Positions 53,901-63,116 of a stretch of DNA of 64,000 nt are shown here, one piece after another. The stretch spans positions 207,786 to 271,785 of the forward strand of contig CAVVNG010000003.1 of NCBI GenBank assembly GCA_963749545.1. The letters are read 5' to 3'. The DNA is from an uncultured Solirubrobacterales bacterium. Lineage in GTDB: Bacteria > Actinomycetota > Thermoleophilia > Solirubrobacterales > Solirubrobacteraceae. The number at the start of each line of letters is the position of its first letter. Within the stretch, counting starts at the first letter, position 1. The notes beneath the pieces are model-generated. The model saw nothing but the letters and a program-made list of their open reading frames with translations. It searched no databases and had not been told where the DNA came from. Position numbers and translations under genes: made by a program.

Positions 53901-54387
53901 TCCGGGCAAACGGCTTGAAGTCGAGATCGGCCAGCGGCCGTCCGCGCCATAGCGCCTCCGCCTCGCGCAGTGTGCGTGAAGCGAGTTCGTGATCCCCACT
54001 CTGTGTGGCCCGATGGGCCTGCGCCAGCAGGTCCTCGAACACGTCGAGGTCCAATTCCCCGGAATCGACCCGCAGGCGATAGCCCGGAGCCTGCCGGACC
54101 AAGCGAGGCTCCGACGCCCCCGGTAGGTCGACCACCGAGCGCAGGCGCGAGACCTGCACCCGCAGTGTGTGGTCCGCCGTCTCGGGCCGAGCGTCGTCGA
54201 GCAGGTCGTCGATCAGCTGCTCCCGCGGTACGACACGGTTGGCGTTGAGCAACAGCATCGCGAGCAGGGCGCGCTGACGTGCCCCACCGATCTTGACGGG
54301 AGCGCCGTCGAACCAGACCTCGAGCGGGCCGAGCACCCGAAACACAGCTCCGCTGTGAGCCCCCATCACATCGGGATTGTCTTGCAT
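50926..54387 (-). CDS. membrane-spanning SARP regulator: wHTH + BTAD, one TM, beta-propeller repeats, family-5 ABC substrate-binding domain
   Basis: The wHTH is FRVLGPLEVWFDGAPVKIGGARQRALLAMLLL...GYRLRV. The BTAD segment is ALWRGRPLADL...AMLALYRSGRQAEALASY. The TM is VKVAIAVATVALVAFLVGA. About 6-7 repeats have the form G..P..I..G.G.LWV.D.....V.RIDP.T. The SBP5-like part is GRTYRFTLRPGIRYSNGAPLRPSDV... Confidence 0.85.
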   Translation of the reverse strand: MQDNPDVMGAHSGAVFRVLGPLEVWFDGAPVKIGGARQRALLAMLLLNANRVVPREQLIDDLLDDARPETADHTLRVQVSRLRSVVDLPGASEPRLVRQAPGYRLRVDSGELDLDVFEDLLAQAHRATQSGDHELASRTLREAEALWRGRPLADLDFKPFARIEIDRLAEMRLVATEERIDADLALGRHRRLVPELERMVAEHPLRERVRGQAMLALYRSGRQAEALASYRDGRAHLVDQLGVEPGPALRGLERAILRQDAALDLPESVSHRPSGEPAANDEPVVVAPSVRAPASDRRGHVRRRVKVAIAVATVALVAFLVGATTRPEGKRTLQPGRSLAGDGVALVSPADGAIKATLALRAAPSGMVAGFGSLWVTEAPAGDVVRIDPSAHRILATIPLGARPSRIVVGGGAVWVLDPVNRTVSAIDPATDTVVQTVAVAGGASDVAFDAGSLWILDRRDRTVSRLDPATGLRRATVGIGGDPSSLTTIGDGIWVTDDERGLVQRIDPHRATVAQTVRVGGAPAAIAATNAGTWVVDRLAATVSRLSSNGGTASSPLGLGGAPRTLASAGGNLWVGDERHGIVLGLDPRTMSVVTRVHVGGGISSLATLHGLWVAVHGPAAHPGGSLTAVGSYAVIDTVDPAASTSWNVPPPQGLGLTNDGLVTLDHVAGPDGSRLVPDLALALPRPDDGGRTYRFTLRPGIRYSNGAPLRPSDVTHSFERLFAIGSSGAPVYAAILGAAPCLETPSRCDLSKGVVADDRTGTVTFHLTRPDPDFLYKLTISYAYVLPAATPKRQARTPLPATGPYVITRYSAGRELRLVRNPFFHEWSAAAQPSGYPNRIAIPLGLSPARANAAIAGGRVDFYPNLGRLPGRDARDLLVNRRVQVHIHPALVTGFMFLNTNAPPFNQIAVRRAINLAYDRGAAVDGWGGTLAAQPACQLLPPELPGYRRHCPYTIRPGHDGRWKGTDPTRAKRLVAASGTRGTPVVVWNADPSPSGSIEESRLAVTALRRLGYRASLRLLPESTYFSYTGDSRNRAQIVDGGFSADYASASDFIGKFTCGKFVARDGLDTTDESEFCNARFDRQVESAASLQPTRPAAADGLWGRLDRKLTDLALIVPTVTPNAVDFVSRHIHNYQYNPVWGALLDQLTIA

Positions 54388-54396
54388 GACAGCGGC

Positions 54397-54424
54397 TGAG
54401 ACAAGACTGGGACAGCCGTGAGAC
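54397..54424. promoter_or_regulatory. direct repeat TGAGAC x2 phased 22 bp apart in a divergent promoter region
   Basis: TGAGAC occurs at 54397-54402 and at 54419-54424. Both lie between the SARP-fusion gene and the PD40 gene. Confidence 0.25.
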
Positions 54425-54507
54425 GGAGCGCCGCGAAACTAGCCAGCGAGAGGGGGCCTCGTGACGCAGTTGGCCCCCGGTCGAACGTTCTGTGAGGAGG
54501 AGGAAGC

Positions 54508-55500
54508 ATGAACCGGGGAACCGTTGTCGCAATCGTCGTGGCGGCGTCCGCTGCGTCGGCAATCTCCGTGCCAGGCGCGCGGGCCACCTACGCGGGGAAG
54601 CGCGGGCCGATCGTCTTTCAGCGGTTGCTGAATCCCATGGACGAGAGCACCACTCAGCTCTTCGCGTTGTCGCCTACCACCGGACGGGTGCGACAGCTCA
54701 CCCAGTTCCAGGGCGGCGCGTTCGATCCCGACTATTCGCCAAACGGCAGGCAAATCGCTTTCGACCGTCGGTTCCAGAACGGCAGCCCGGACGCGGCCTA
54801 CACAATTCGCTTCGACGGCTCCAACCCAACTCGGCTTCCCATTGCCTGCTCGGGTCAGTGCCTCGGCATCGACGAACCCAACTGGACCCGTAGCGGTCAC
54901 GACATCGCATTCGGGCGCGCGTTTGGCCCGATCGCTAAGGACGGCTCTGCCTCCATGGTCGAGCTGGCAACCGCCGGGCTGTCTGGAGCGGGCGATCGAG
55001 TGATTCGGTCGTTCGGGCTGAAGTCAACGGGGACCGAGCCCCACAACGCCGTGTGGTCGCCGAATGGGCGGATGCTCGCCGTCACGGTCCTGAACGACAG
55101 GAAGAAGCCCGTCAACGCCAGCGCGATCTACTTGATCAGCGCAAACGGCAAGACCGTCCGCCGGCTCACGCCACGCAGGCTCGATGCCGGCAACCCCGAC
55201 TGGTCGCCGAACGGTAAACGCATCGTGTTCAACTCCTTCTACGAAGGACAGTCGGAGTCGGAGCTCTACACGATCCGTCCCGACGGCACGGGGATGCACC
55301 GGATCCTCAAAGAGAAGAAGAACAACTACGCCTTCGATCCGGTCTTCTCGCCCGATGGCGGGAGGATCGCATTCGTCCACACTTCGAGGAAGACGCTGCC
55401 CCACATCTGGTCGATCGGGGCCGACGGCAAGAGGCTGCGCCAAGAGACTCACGGGAATCTGGTGGATCTCGAGCCCGACTGGGGCACGCCTCCCGCATAG
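54508..55500 (+). CDS. secreted PD40/TolB-like beta-propeller repeat protein
   Basis: A strong RBS (GAGGAGGAGGAA) precedes the start, and the protein has a signal peptide. Repeated motifs are PDYSPNGRQIAF, WSPNGRMLAV, PDWSPNGKRIVF and PVFSPDGGRIAF. Confidence 0.8.
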   Translation: MNRGTVVAIVVAASAASAISVPGARATYAGKRGPIVFQRLLNPMDESTTQLFALSPTTGRVRQLTQFQGGAFDPDYSPNGRQIAFDRRFQNGSPDAAYTIRFDGSNPTRLPIACSGQCLGIDEPNWTRSGHDIAFGRAFGPIAKDGSASMVELATAGLSGAGDRVIRSFGLKSTGTEPHNAVWSPNGRMLAVTVLNDRKKPVNASAIYLISANGKTVRRLTPRRLDAGNPDWSPNGKRIVFNSFYEGQSESELYTIRPDGTGMHRILKEKKNNYAFDPVFSPDGGRIAFVHTSRKTLPHIWSIGADGKRLRQETHGNLVDLEPDWGTPPA

Positions 55501-55562
55501 TGCGCCGGTCGGTCGGCGACGAACCACGCTGGCCAGCGCAGCGGGAGCGCGCCCGACAGCCC

Positions 55563-56216
55563 TTACTGCAGCGCCAGGAAGCGGTCGAGCACTGTCTTCC
55601 CCCACGCGCTAGCACAAGCAACGGTGGCCGGCTCCAGCGCGTCGTCAGGCATCTCATCGGCAATGCGCCTCGCCAGTTCGCTGTTGATCTCGACGTGAAA
55701 TTGGAGTCCGTAGACGTTGTCGGCGACCCGAAATGCCTGTTCGGTGCACTGGTGGCTGGTGGCCAGTCGCACCGCCCCTGGCGGCAGGGTGTAGCTGTGG
55801 CGATGCCAGTGCAGGACCTCGAGCGCCTCGGTGTCGGACCCGAGGACGGGATCCACGCGCCCAGCGGCGGTGAGCGTAGCCGCGCCCATGCCGACTTCGG
55901 GCACGCCGTCCTTGACGACGCGGCCGCCCAGCGCGACTGCGAGCAGCTGCGCGCCGAAGCAGACACCGAGAACGGGCAGCCCAAGGCCGACCGCGTCGCT
56001 GATCAGCTGTCGCTCGGCGACAACGTGCTTGCTCGTCTCATCGTCGGCGGATCCGCTCGGCGCACCGAGCACGATCAGTCCCGATAAATCCGCGGCTCTG
56101 GGCATCAGATCACCTCGAAACGGCCGGAGGTTGACCGACCGCTGCCGAGCGCGGCGCAGGGCGAGAGCGATGTTGCCCTGGCCCTCATAGGAGACGTGCT
56201 GAATGACCGCCCACAT
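55563..56216 (-). CDS. class I glutamine amidotransferase-like protein
   Basis: The nucleophile elbow is PVLGVCFGAQLL. HWHRHSY and LQFHVE are typical of GATase1. Confidence 0.85.
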   Translation of the reverse strand: MWAVIQHVSYEGQGNIALALRRARQRSVNLRPFRGDLMPRAADLSGLIVLGAPSGSADDETSKHVVAERQLISDAVGLGLPVLGVCFGAQLLAVALGGRVVKDGVPEVGMGAATLTAAGRVDPVLGSDTEALEVLHWHRHSYTLPPGAVRLATSHQCTEQAFRVADNVYGLQFHVEINSELARRIADEMPDDALEPATVACASAWGKTVLDRFLALQ

Positions 56217-56266
56217 GTCGAGAAACTCGGGCCCTCGTCGCGCCTAGCGCGTCGCAGTCCGGCTGG

Positions 56267-56890
56267 TCATGAACGGGGGCGGGAGCCTTGCACGAGGGCG
56301 CCGATCGCGTGACCGAAGAGGTCGTCGGGAACGGCGTCGGGGTCGGCGAGGAGTTCGATCGCGAAGCCGTTGCCGAGCGCGATTAGGGTGGTGGCGAGCT
56401 GGTCGGTGGGGAGCCCGCCGGTTCCGCGTTCGGGGATGGCGGCGTCGAGGAGGTGTCCAACAGTGGCTCGCAGGCGGGCGTGGCGCTGGCCGAATCGCTC
56501 GGCTGCTGTGGGGTCGCGCACCGCCTGGCCCCAGAAGTCGATCAGTAGCAGGAACGCGTCGCGTTCGCCTCGGAGCATGGACACGAAGCGGCGGGCCGCT
56601 TCGAGCGGCGGGACGCCAGCCGCGAGCTCGGCCTCCACCGCCTCATACACCTTCGCCAACCGTGGGTCGATGCGCTCCTCCACGAGCGTGAGGAACAGGT
56701 CCTCCTTGCCCTTGAAGTTCGAGTAGACGGCGCCGGTCGAGTAGCCGGCCTCCAACGCGATCGTGTCGACCGACGCACCGCGCAGGCCGTCGCGGGCGAA
56801 CACGCGCTCTGCGGCATCCAGCAGTTGCGCGCGGGTGATCAGGCGCCGCTCGCCGCGGCGCGGCCGACCGGTGACTTGACGTTCAGCCAT
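56267..56890 (-). CDS. TetR/AcrR-family transcriptional regulator
   Basis: The N-terminal HTH is AQLLDAAERVFARDGLRGASVDTIALEAGYSTGAVYSNFKGKEDLF. Confidence 0.9.
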   Translation of the reverse strand: MAERQVTGRPRRGERRLITRAQLLDAAERVFARDGLRGASVDTIALEAGYSTGAVYSNFKGKEDLFLTLVEERIDPRLAKVYEAVEAELAAGVPPLEAARRFVSMLRGERDAFLLLIDFWGQAVRDPTAAERFGQRHARLRATVGHLLDAAIPERGTGGLPTDQLATTLIALGNGFAIELLADPDAVPDDLFGHAIGALVQGSRPRS

Positions 56891-56899
56891 TCGGTGTTA

Positions 56900-56934
56900 G
56901 GATAATCACGCTATTGTGAATAACAAGATTATTC
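56900..56934. promoter_or_regulatory. putative TetR operator in the AT-rich divergent intergenic region
   Basis: GGATAATC (56900-07) and GATTATTC (56927-34) form an inverted repeat complementary at 7 of 8 positions. A TTGTGAATAACAA element is nested between them. Confidence 0.35.
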
Positions 56935-56962
56935 TGAGTAACAGATCTATCGGAGTGTTGCC

Positions 56963-58444
56963 ATGGACATCTTTAGGAACCTAATCACTGGAGAACGCCG
57001 ACGCTGGGTGGCCCTCGCGGTCGTGTGCATGGGGCAGCTGATGATGGTGTTGGACGGCACGATTGTGAACGTTGCGTTGCCCTCGATGCAGCGCGACCTC
57101 GGCTTCTCACAGGCCAACCTGGCGTGGGTGCTGGATGCGTACATGATCGCGTTCGGAAGTTTCTTGCTGCTGGCCGGACGGCTGGGAGATCTGCTCGGGC
57201 GCAAACGGATGTTCCTAAGCGGCGTGGTGATGTTCACGCTGGCTTCGGTGGCGTGCGGGCTGGCGGACGATCAGCTCGGGCTGATCATGGCCCGGTTCGT
57301 CCAGGGATTGGGCGGCGCGGTGGCTTCGGCGGCGGTCCTGGCCCTGCTGGTGACGGAGTTTCCGCGGCCGGCGGAGCGGGCGATCGCGATGAGCGTGTAC
57401 ACATTCATCCTCGCCGGCGGCGGTTCGCTCGGGCTGCTCGCCGGCGGCGTGCTCACGCAGTCGGTCGACTGGCACTGGATCTTCTTCATCAACGTGCCGA
57501 TCGGGATCGTGACCGTCGCGCTCGGATCGGTGCTGATCAACGAGACCGAGCGCCTCGGGCTCGGGCAAGGCGTGGACGTGGTCGGCGCGGTGCTGGTCAC
57601 GGTGGCGCTGATGCTCGGCGTTTACGCGATCGTGAAGGTCACCGACTATGGCTGGCTGTCGGCGCACACGCTCGCCTTCGGCGCCGCGGCAGTGGCGCTG
57701 CTGGCAGTCTTTGTCGCCGTCGAGTCGCGGCTCTCGGCGCCGATGTTCCCGTTGCGGATCCTGCGCGTCGGCGGCCTGGCCGGATCGAGTGTGGTGCGCG
57801 GCTTCGTGGGCACGGGCATGTACTCGACATTTCTACTCGGCGTGCTCTACCTCCAGCACGTGCACGGCTACGGGGCGCTGCAGACCGGCCTCGCCTTCCT
57901 GCCGCTGACGCTGATCATCGGCCTGTTCTCACTCGGGCTGACCGCTCGGCTGGTGCGACAGTTCGGAGCCATACGGGTAGTGCTCGCCGGCCTGGCCGCG
58001 ATCGCCGCCGCGCTCGTGCTGCTCTCGCGACTGCCGACGCACACGAGCTACTTCCCCGCGCTCGCGGTGCCGTTCGCGCTGCTCGGCCTCGGCGCGGGGT
58101 TGTCGTTCCTGCCGCTGACCACGATCGCGATGGCCGACGTGCCGATCGCCGACGCCGGCCTGGCCTCCGGGATCCTCAACGCCTCGCAACAGATCTCAGT
58201 CGCGATCGGGACCGCGGCGCTGGGCACCGTCGCGGCCGACCGCGCCAAGGTGCTGGCCGGCCTGGGACAGCACCACCTCCAGGCGCTCACGGGCGGCTTT
58301 CACCTGGGCTGGGCGGTCGCCGCCGGCGCGGTCGCCGTGGGCGCACTGGTCGCGCTGCTATCGCTGCGTCCCCCGCGGCGGCCCGCGGAGGTGGTCGCCG
58401 ACCGCGACCTCGAGCGGGTCGAATTCGAGCTGGAGGCGGCGTGA
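56963..58444 (+). CDS. MFS transporter, DHA2 (EmrB/QacA) family
   Basis: Motifs are VALAVVCMGQLMMVLDGTIVNVALPSMQRDLGFSQANLAWVLDAYM and GRLGDLLGRKRMF. About 14 helices are predicted. Confidence 0.9.
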   Translation: MDIFRNLITGERRRWVALAVVCMGQLMMVLDGTIVNVALPSMQRDLGFSQANLAWVLDAYMIAFGSFLLLAGRLGDLLGRKRMFLSGVVMFTLASVACGLADDQLGLIMARFVQGLGGAVASAAVLALLVTEFPRPAERAIAMSVYTFILAGGGSLGLLAGGVLTQSVDWHWIFFINVPIGIVTVALGSVLINETERLGLGQGVDVVGAVLVTVALMLGVYAIVKVTDYGWLSAHTLAFGAAAVALLAVFVAVESRLSAPMFPLRILRVGGLAGSSVVRGFVGTGMYSTFLLGVLYLQHVHGYGALQTGLAFLPLTLIIGLFSLGLTARLVRQFGAIRVVLAGLAAIAAALVLLSRLPTHTSYFPALAVPFALLGLGAGLSFLPLTTIAMADVPIADAGLASGILNASQQISVAIGTAALGTVAADRAKVLAGLGQHHLQALTGGFHLGWAVAAGAVAVGALVALLSLRPPRRPAEVVADRDLERVEFELEAA

Positions 58445-58490
58445 TCAGCGGGTTGGATACGCGGCATTGCCACCAGCGTCCGTAGCCGAC

Positions 58491-58531
58491 GGGCAGACTT
58501 CTCCTTGCACTGGGCGAGGAGAAGTCGGCCC
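58491..58531 (+). terminator. stem-loop downstream of the MFS gene
   Basis: GGGCAGACTTCTCCT and AGGAGAAGTCGGCCC form a 15-bp stem with one mismatch and an 11-nt loop, 47 nt after the stop. Confidence 0.45.
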
Positions 58532-58688
58532 GTGCCGGCCTGTTCTGATCACGCGAAGCGAGCCGGCCGGGAGGACAAGAAGGCGATCTGTCGGGCCTCG
58601 GCATCCGGAGGCTTGAGACCTCCAACTTCGGGAGTCCTGTTCGCCTTGCGCCGTTGACTTTGTCTTCGACGCCCAGTGAAGTTGGGGT

Positions 58689-59516
58689 ATGACTGTCGAG
58701 GGCTCGGGAGCCGCCGGAGGGGAGTTCTACGATGCCGTCTACGGTGCCTTCGAGGGACAGCTGGCGGCCACGGTTCGCGCGGTAGCGTTTGGCGAGGACA
58801 TCGGTCAGAACTCCTGGCTGACGGCCGGCGAGTGCCGCATGTTCTTCGATTGGCTTGAACTGGGCTCGTCGAGCGAGGTGCTCGACGTTGGGAGCGGCTC
58901 GGGTGGTCCGGCTTTGTTCATGGTCAGCGAGACGGGCTGCTCGGTAACCGGTCTGGAGTTGCACGGGGCCGCGGTTGCCGCTGCGAACCGCGCAGCCGGT
59001 AAGCGGGATCTCGCGGCGCAGGCGCGGTTTGTGCGGGGCGATGGCCGCGACCCGCTGCCGTTCCCGACGGCGAGCTTTGATGCGCTGCTTTGTATTGACT
59101 CGATCAACCACATGTACGAACGCCTGAGCGTCTTCCAGGAGTGGCATCGAGTGCTGCGTGCGGGCGGTCGGGCGCTATTCACCGATCCGCTCACGGTGAC
59201 GGGGCTGCTGCGCCGAGAGGAGATCCTGCTTCGCAGTGGCTCGCTCGGCGAGCAGGTGTTCACCACTCATGGGGTCAATGAGAGACTCCTGCGCGCGGCG
59301 GGCTTTGGCGAGGTGCGAATCGAGGACGTGACGCCCAACATGGCAGCGGTCGCCGCGACGCGCCGCCGCGCACGAGTGAGCCACGCGACCGAGCTGGCAG
59401 CCGTGGAGGGCGAGGAGGGCAGCGCAGCCTATGATCGTTACCTCGCGGTTGTCGAGCTGCTCGCGAGCGAGCGGCGCTTGGGCCGGTGGGCGTATCTGGC
59501 GGCCAGATCGACTTGA
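58689..59516 (+). CDS. class I SAM-dependent methyltransferase
   Basis: Motif I is VLDVGSGSGGPAL. Also present are FDALLCIDSINH and LRAGGRALFTDP. Confidence 0.85.
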   Translation: MTVEGSGAAGGEFYDAVYGAFEGQLAATVRAVAFGEDIGQNSWLTAGECRMFFDWLELGSSSEVLDVGSGSGGPALFMVSETGCSVTGLELHGAAVAAANRAAGKRDLAAQARFVRGDGRDPLPFPTASFDALLCIDSINHMYERLSVFQEWHRVLRAGGRALFTDPLTVTGLLRREEILLRSGSLGEQVFTTHGVNERLLRAAGFGEVRIEDVTPNMAAVAATRRRARVSHATELAAVEGEEGSAAYDRYLAVVELLASERRLGRWAYLAARST

Positions 59517-59659
59517 GGCCGCCGTGGTGTAGTACGCGCGTCACACACACCACCAGGCGCCAGGCGGGCCGAGTTGAGAACCACTCGATCCCCGGAGTAA
59601 TCTTCCCCGCGCTCGCTCCGATGCTGCACGACAAGCAGGCACATGGATTGGCTGAGACC

Positions 59660-60109
59660 ATGGATGCTCGCCCGTTCGCGGCGGTGCTGCTCTCCGGGCT
59701 GTTGACCGGCAGCGAGTTGACCTCCTGGGGGATCGTCCATCCGACGCTGTGGAAGCTCGATCATCGCGAGCAGGTCGAGGCGGAGAAGCTCATTTACCGC
59801 CGCTTCGGCACCGTCGACCCGTTCTTGCAGACGGGCACAATCGCCGCTTGCTTCGTCGCCAGCAGAAGCCTTCGCGGCCGTGACGCGACGCTCGCCCTGC
59901 TTGCTGGGGTCAGCTACTCGAGCATGCTCGCAGTCACGTTGATCGGCAACATGCCGATCAACCTACGGGTGTTCAGGTGGGACGAGCAGCACGGAGATCC
60001 CGAGCAGTGGCGCCGGCTGCGCCGGCGCTGGGATCGGCTCCACACCTGTCGGATCGTGCTCGATTCAGCCGGCTTCGTGCTGATCACCCTCGCTGCGGTC
60101 CGCGTCTGA
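59660..60109 (+). CDS. DUF1772 (anthrone-oxygenase-like) membrane protein
   Basis: The ATG at 59660 gives MDARPFAAVLLSGLLTGSELTSWGIVHP. Four hydrophobic segments are present, along with GNMPINLRVFRWD. An alternative start lies at 59621. Confidence 0.65.
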   Translation: MDARPFAAVLLSGLLTGSELTSWGIVHPTLWKLDHREQVEAEKLIYRRFGTVDPFLQTGTIAACFVASRSLRGRDATLALLAGVSYSSMLAVTLIGNMPINLRVFRWDEQHGDPEQWRRLRRRWDRLHTCRIVLDSAGFVLITLAAVRV

Positions 60110-60278
60110 CCGCGCCCGCGGCACAGGCTCCGGCGTAACTTCGCGGCTGCGCGTGCTCGGCCGTGTAGCGGTCGGCGGCCCGCCGGCGGCACATGCGCGG
60201 CGATCGCGCCACGACAAACTGTTGATGGTGCCCGCTAGTCACCATCGGCAGTCAACTGCCGCCGCGTCTTCTGCGCCG

Positions 60279-63046
60279 ATGGAGAGCGCGAAGCTGATCG
60301 GCCGCGACCGCGAGCTGCGCCTTCTCGCCGCTGTGCTTGACCGCCTACCCGGACGCGGTTCCGCCTTGGCGCTACGGGGTGAGGCGGGCATCGGCAAGTC
60401 GGTCCTGCTCGATGCTGCGCGTGAATTGGCAGGCGAGCGGGGGACCAGAGTCCTCTCAACGGCTGGCGTGGTGGCCGAATCCGACATGCCTTTTTCGGGG
60501 CTGCACCGGCTGTTGCGGCCGGTGTTTGACGGTGTCGGTGATCTGTCACCTGCTCACCGCTCGGCGTTGCTCGCCGCGTGCGGGGTTGGCGAGGATCCGG
60601 GCGGCGATCCGTTTCTCGTCGCGTTGGCGACACTTGAGCTGTTGTCGGCGACAGCCGCTGAACGGCCGTTGCTCCTGGTCGTTGACGATCTTCCCTGGCT
60701 GGACCCTGCGTCTCGCGACGTGATCGCCTTCGTCGGCCGCCGGTCGAGTCGGACCCGATCGTCGTGCTCGTCGCTCTGCGTGACGGCCACGACGAGGAGG
60801 TTGGTGAGCTCGGCCTCCCGGAGTATGTGCTGCATCGGCTGCCCGATCCTGCGGCATCCGCGATACTCGATACGCGAGCGCCGGATCTGGAGCCCGCGCT
60901 CCGTGCCCGTCTGCTGGCGGCGGCGGCGGGCAATCCTCTGGCGCTGGTTGAGCTGCCGACAGCGGCTGCGGACGCCAAAGTTGGCCTAATTGCCGGTTCA
61001 CCGGCTTTGCCGGTGACGGCACGGCTGGAGCGAGCGTTCGCTGCGCGGCTGCGGGACGTGCCGGAGGAGACCAGAAGCTTGTTGCTGATTGCTGCTGCCG
61101 ATGACTCGGAGGCGCTGGGCGAGATCCTCACGGCTGGTGAGATCCTGCTCGCCCGGCCGGTCGCGCCGTCGATGTTGCGGCCGGCGCTGGAGGCGCGCCT
61201 GGTGTGGCTCGTCGGCACGGATCTGCATTTCCGCCACCCGCTTGTGCGCTCGGCGATCTACCACGACGCTGACCTTGAGCGGCGCACGGCGGCGCATGCC
61301 GCCCTGGCCGAGCTATTCGCGGAGCAGCCAGACCGGCGGGCGTGGCACCGGGCGGCAGCGACGATCGGGCGCGATGACTCGGTCGCGGAGGAACTCGAAG
61401 ACGTGGCTTGGCGAGCGCATCGCCGCGGCGCGGTTCTGCAGGCCGCGACCTCACTGGGACGGTCGGCGCAGATGAGCGTGAACCGAGCGGAGCGGGGCCG
61501 GCGGCTGCTTCGCGGGGCGGAGCTGGCATTCCAGGTCGGGCGTGCGGACCTCGTCCGGGCCTACGTCGACGAGGCTCGCCAGCTGAACCTCAGCGCCCGC
61601 GACAACGCTCGGGCGGGATGGCTGTCGGAGATTTTCCATGACGGAGTCCCGGGGGACGGCGAGCGAGTGCTGTCGCTCGTAGAGCTGGCCGAGCAGGCCC
61701 GGGATGATGATCTCGATCTGGCGCTTACGCTGCTTCACGCGGCTGCGCTTCGCAGCTGGTGGGGCGATCCGGGTGCAGCTGTCCGCGGCCGCGTTGTGGC
61801 CGCCGTCGAGCAGCTTCCCGTCGATCAGAGGGACTCGCGGGCGCTGGTCATCGTCGCGATGGCCGAACCGATTGCCCGCAGCGCATCGGTGATGGCCGGG
61901 GTTGCGCAGGCCGCGCCGCTCGCGAGGGACGACGCCGAGGTGGCGCTCCGGCTGGGCATGGCCTCGCACGCGGTGGGCGATTTCGAACAATCGATGCGAA
62001 TTCTTCCCTTGGCAATCGCTCCGCTGCGCGCGCACGCCCGCCTGGGTCTGCTCACTCATGCGGTGGGCCTGTTCGCATCCTCCGCGGTGTTCGCATGCGA
62101 TTGGCCGATCGCCTTCGCTGCGGGTGCCGACTATGAACAGCTCGCCGGTGAGACAAACCAACTGATCTGGCGCGCGGGCGCCGCGGTGATCCAGTCCTCG
62201 ATCGCTGGGGTGCGGGGGGAGGTGGAGCATGCCGAGGCGTTCGCGACAGAGGTCGAGCGGCTTCTGAGCTCAAATCGAAGCAGCGACATCCTCTCGGTGC
62301 TGCAGAACGCTCGCGGTTTTACGGCGCTGGCGGCTGGCCGTTACGAGGATGCATACGCGCAACTGGCCCGGGTGTTCAATCCGAATGACCCCGCCTTCCA
62401 CTACCGAGAGAGGTACTGCTCGGTCGGGAATCTCGCCGAGGCGGCGTTGCACACGGGAAGGCAGGCTGAGACCCGCGCGCTGGTCGCCGAGCTAGAAACG
62501 GAGGCTGCACCTTCGACCCAGCGGGCGCTTCTACACGGGCTGCACTACGCCCGGGCTATTCTGGCCGGCGACGACGGGGCGGAGGTCGAGTTCGAGCGCG
62601 CCTTGAGGGCTGTCGGTCCGCGCTGGGTTTTCACTCACGCCAGGATCAACCTTGCCTACGGTGCCTGGCTTCGGCGGCAGCATCGCGCGGGTGATTCGCG
62701 AGCACCGCTGCGGGCTGCCCGAGATGCCTTTGATCGACTCGACATCCCCGCCTGGGGCGAGCGCGCGCGCCAAGAGCTGCGCGCGTCCGGCGAAACGAGC
62801 ACGAAGCGGCGACCGGAAGCGTGGGATGAACTGTCTCCGCAGGAGCTGCAGATCGCGACGCTGGCTGCAGGTGGGCTTTCCAATCGGGAGATCGGGCAGC
62901 GCCTTTACCTCTCGCACCGGACCGTTGCGAGCCACCTCTACCGGATGTTCCCCAAGCTGGGGATCACGTCGCGCGGCCAGCTCGGCCGGGTGCTGCCGGA
63001 TCAGGCCCGAGAAGCCGCCGACGTCCTTCTTGAGCGATCGAACTAG
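60279..63046 (+). pseudogene. LuxR-family large ATP-binding regulator (AAA + TPR-like + LuxR HTH), interrupted by a frameshift
   Basis: MESAKLIGRDRELRLL...LRGEAGIGKSVLL...LLLVVDDLPWLDPASRDVIAFVGRR lies in the frame of ORF 60153..60989. The continuation ESDPIVVLVALRDGHDEE... through the C-terminal LSPQELQIATLAAGGLSNREIGQRLYLSHRTVASHLYRMFPKLGI lies in the frame of ORF 60764..63046. The frames switch at about 60737-60745. Confidence 0.8.
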
Positions 63047-63116
63047 CGTCGTCAGGTGGAGCAGTTCAGTCATCGTGCGCAAGCGAACGCTCGAGCTGAC
63101 CCATACCTTCGGGCTC

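Noticed and set aside
60153-60278. An upstream start for the LuxR regulator at 60153.
   Set aside because: The first 42 codons are non-homologous. The conserved N-terminus LIGRDRELRLL follows the ATG at 60279.
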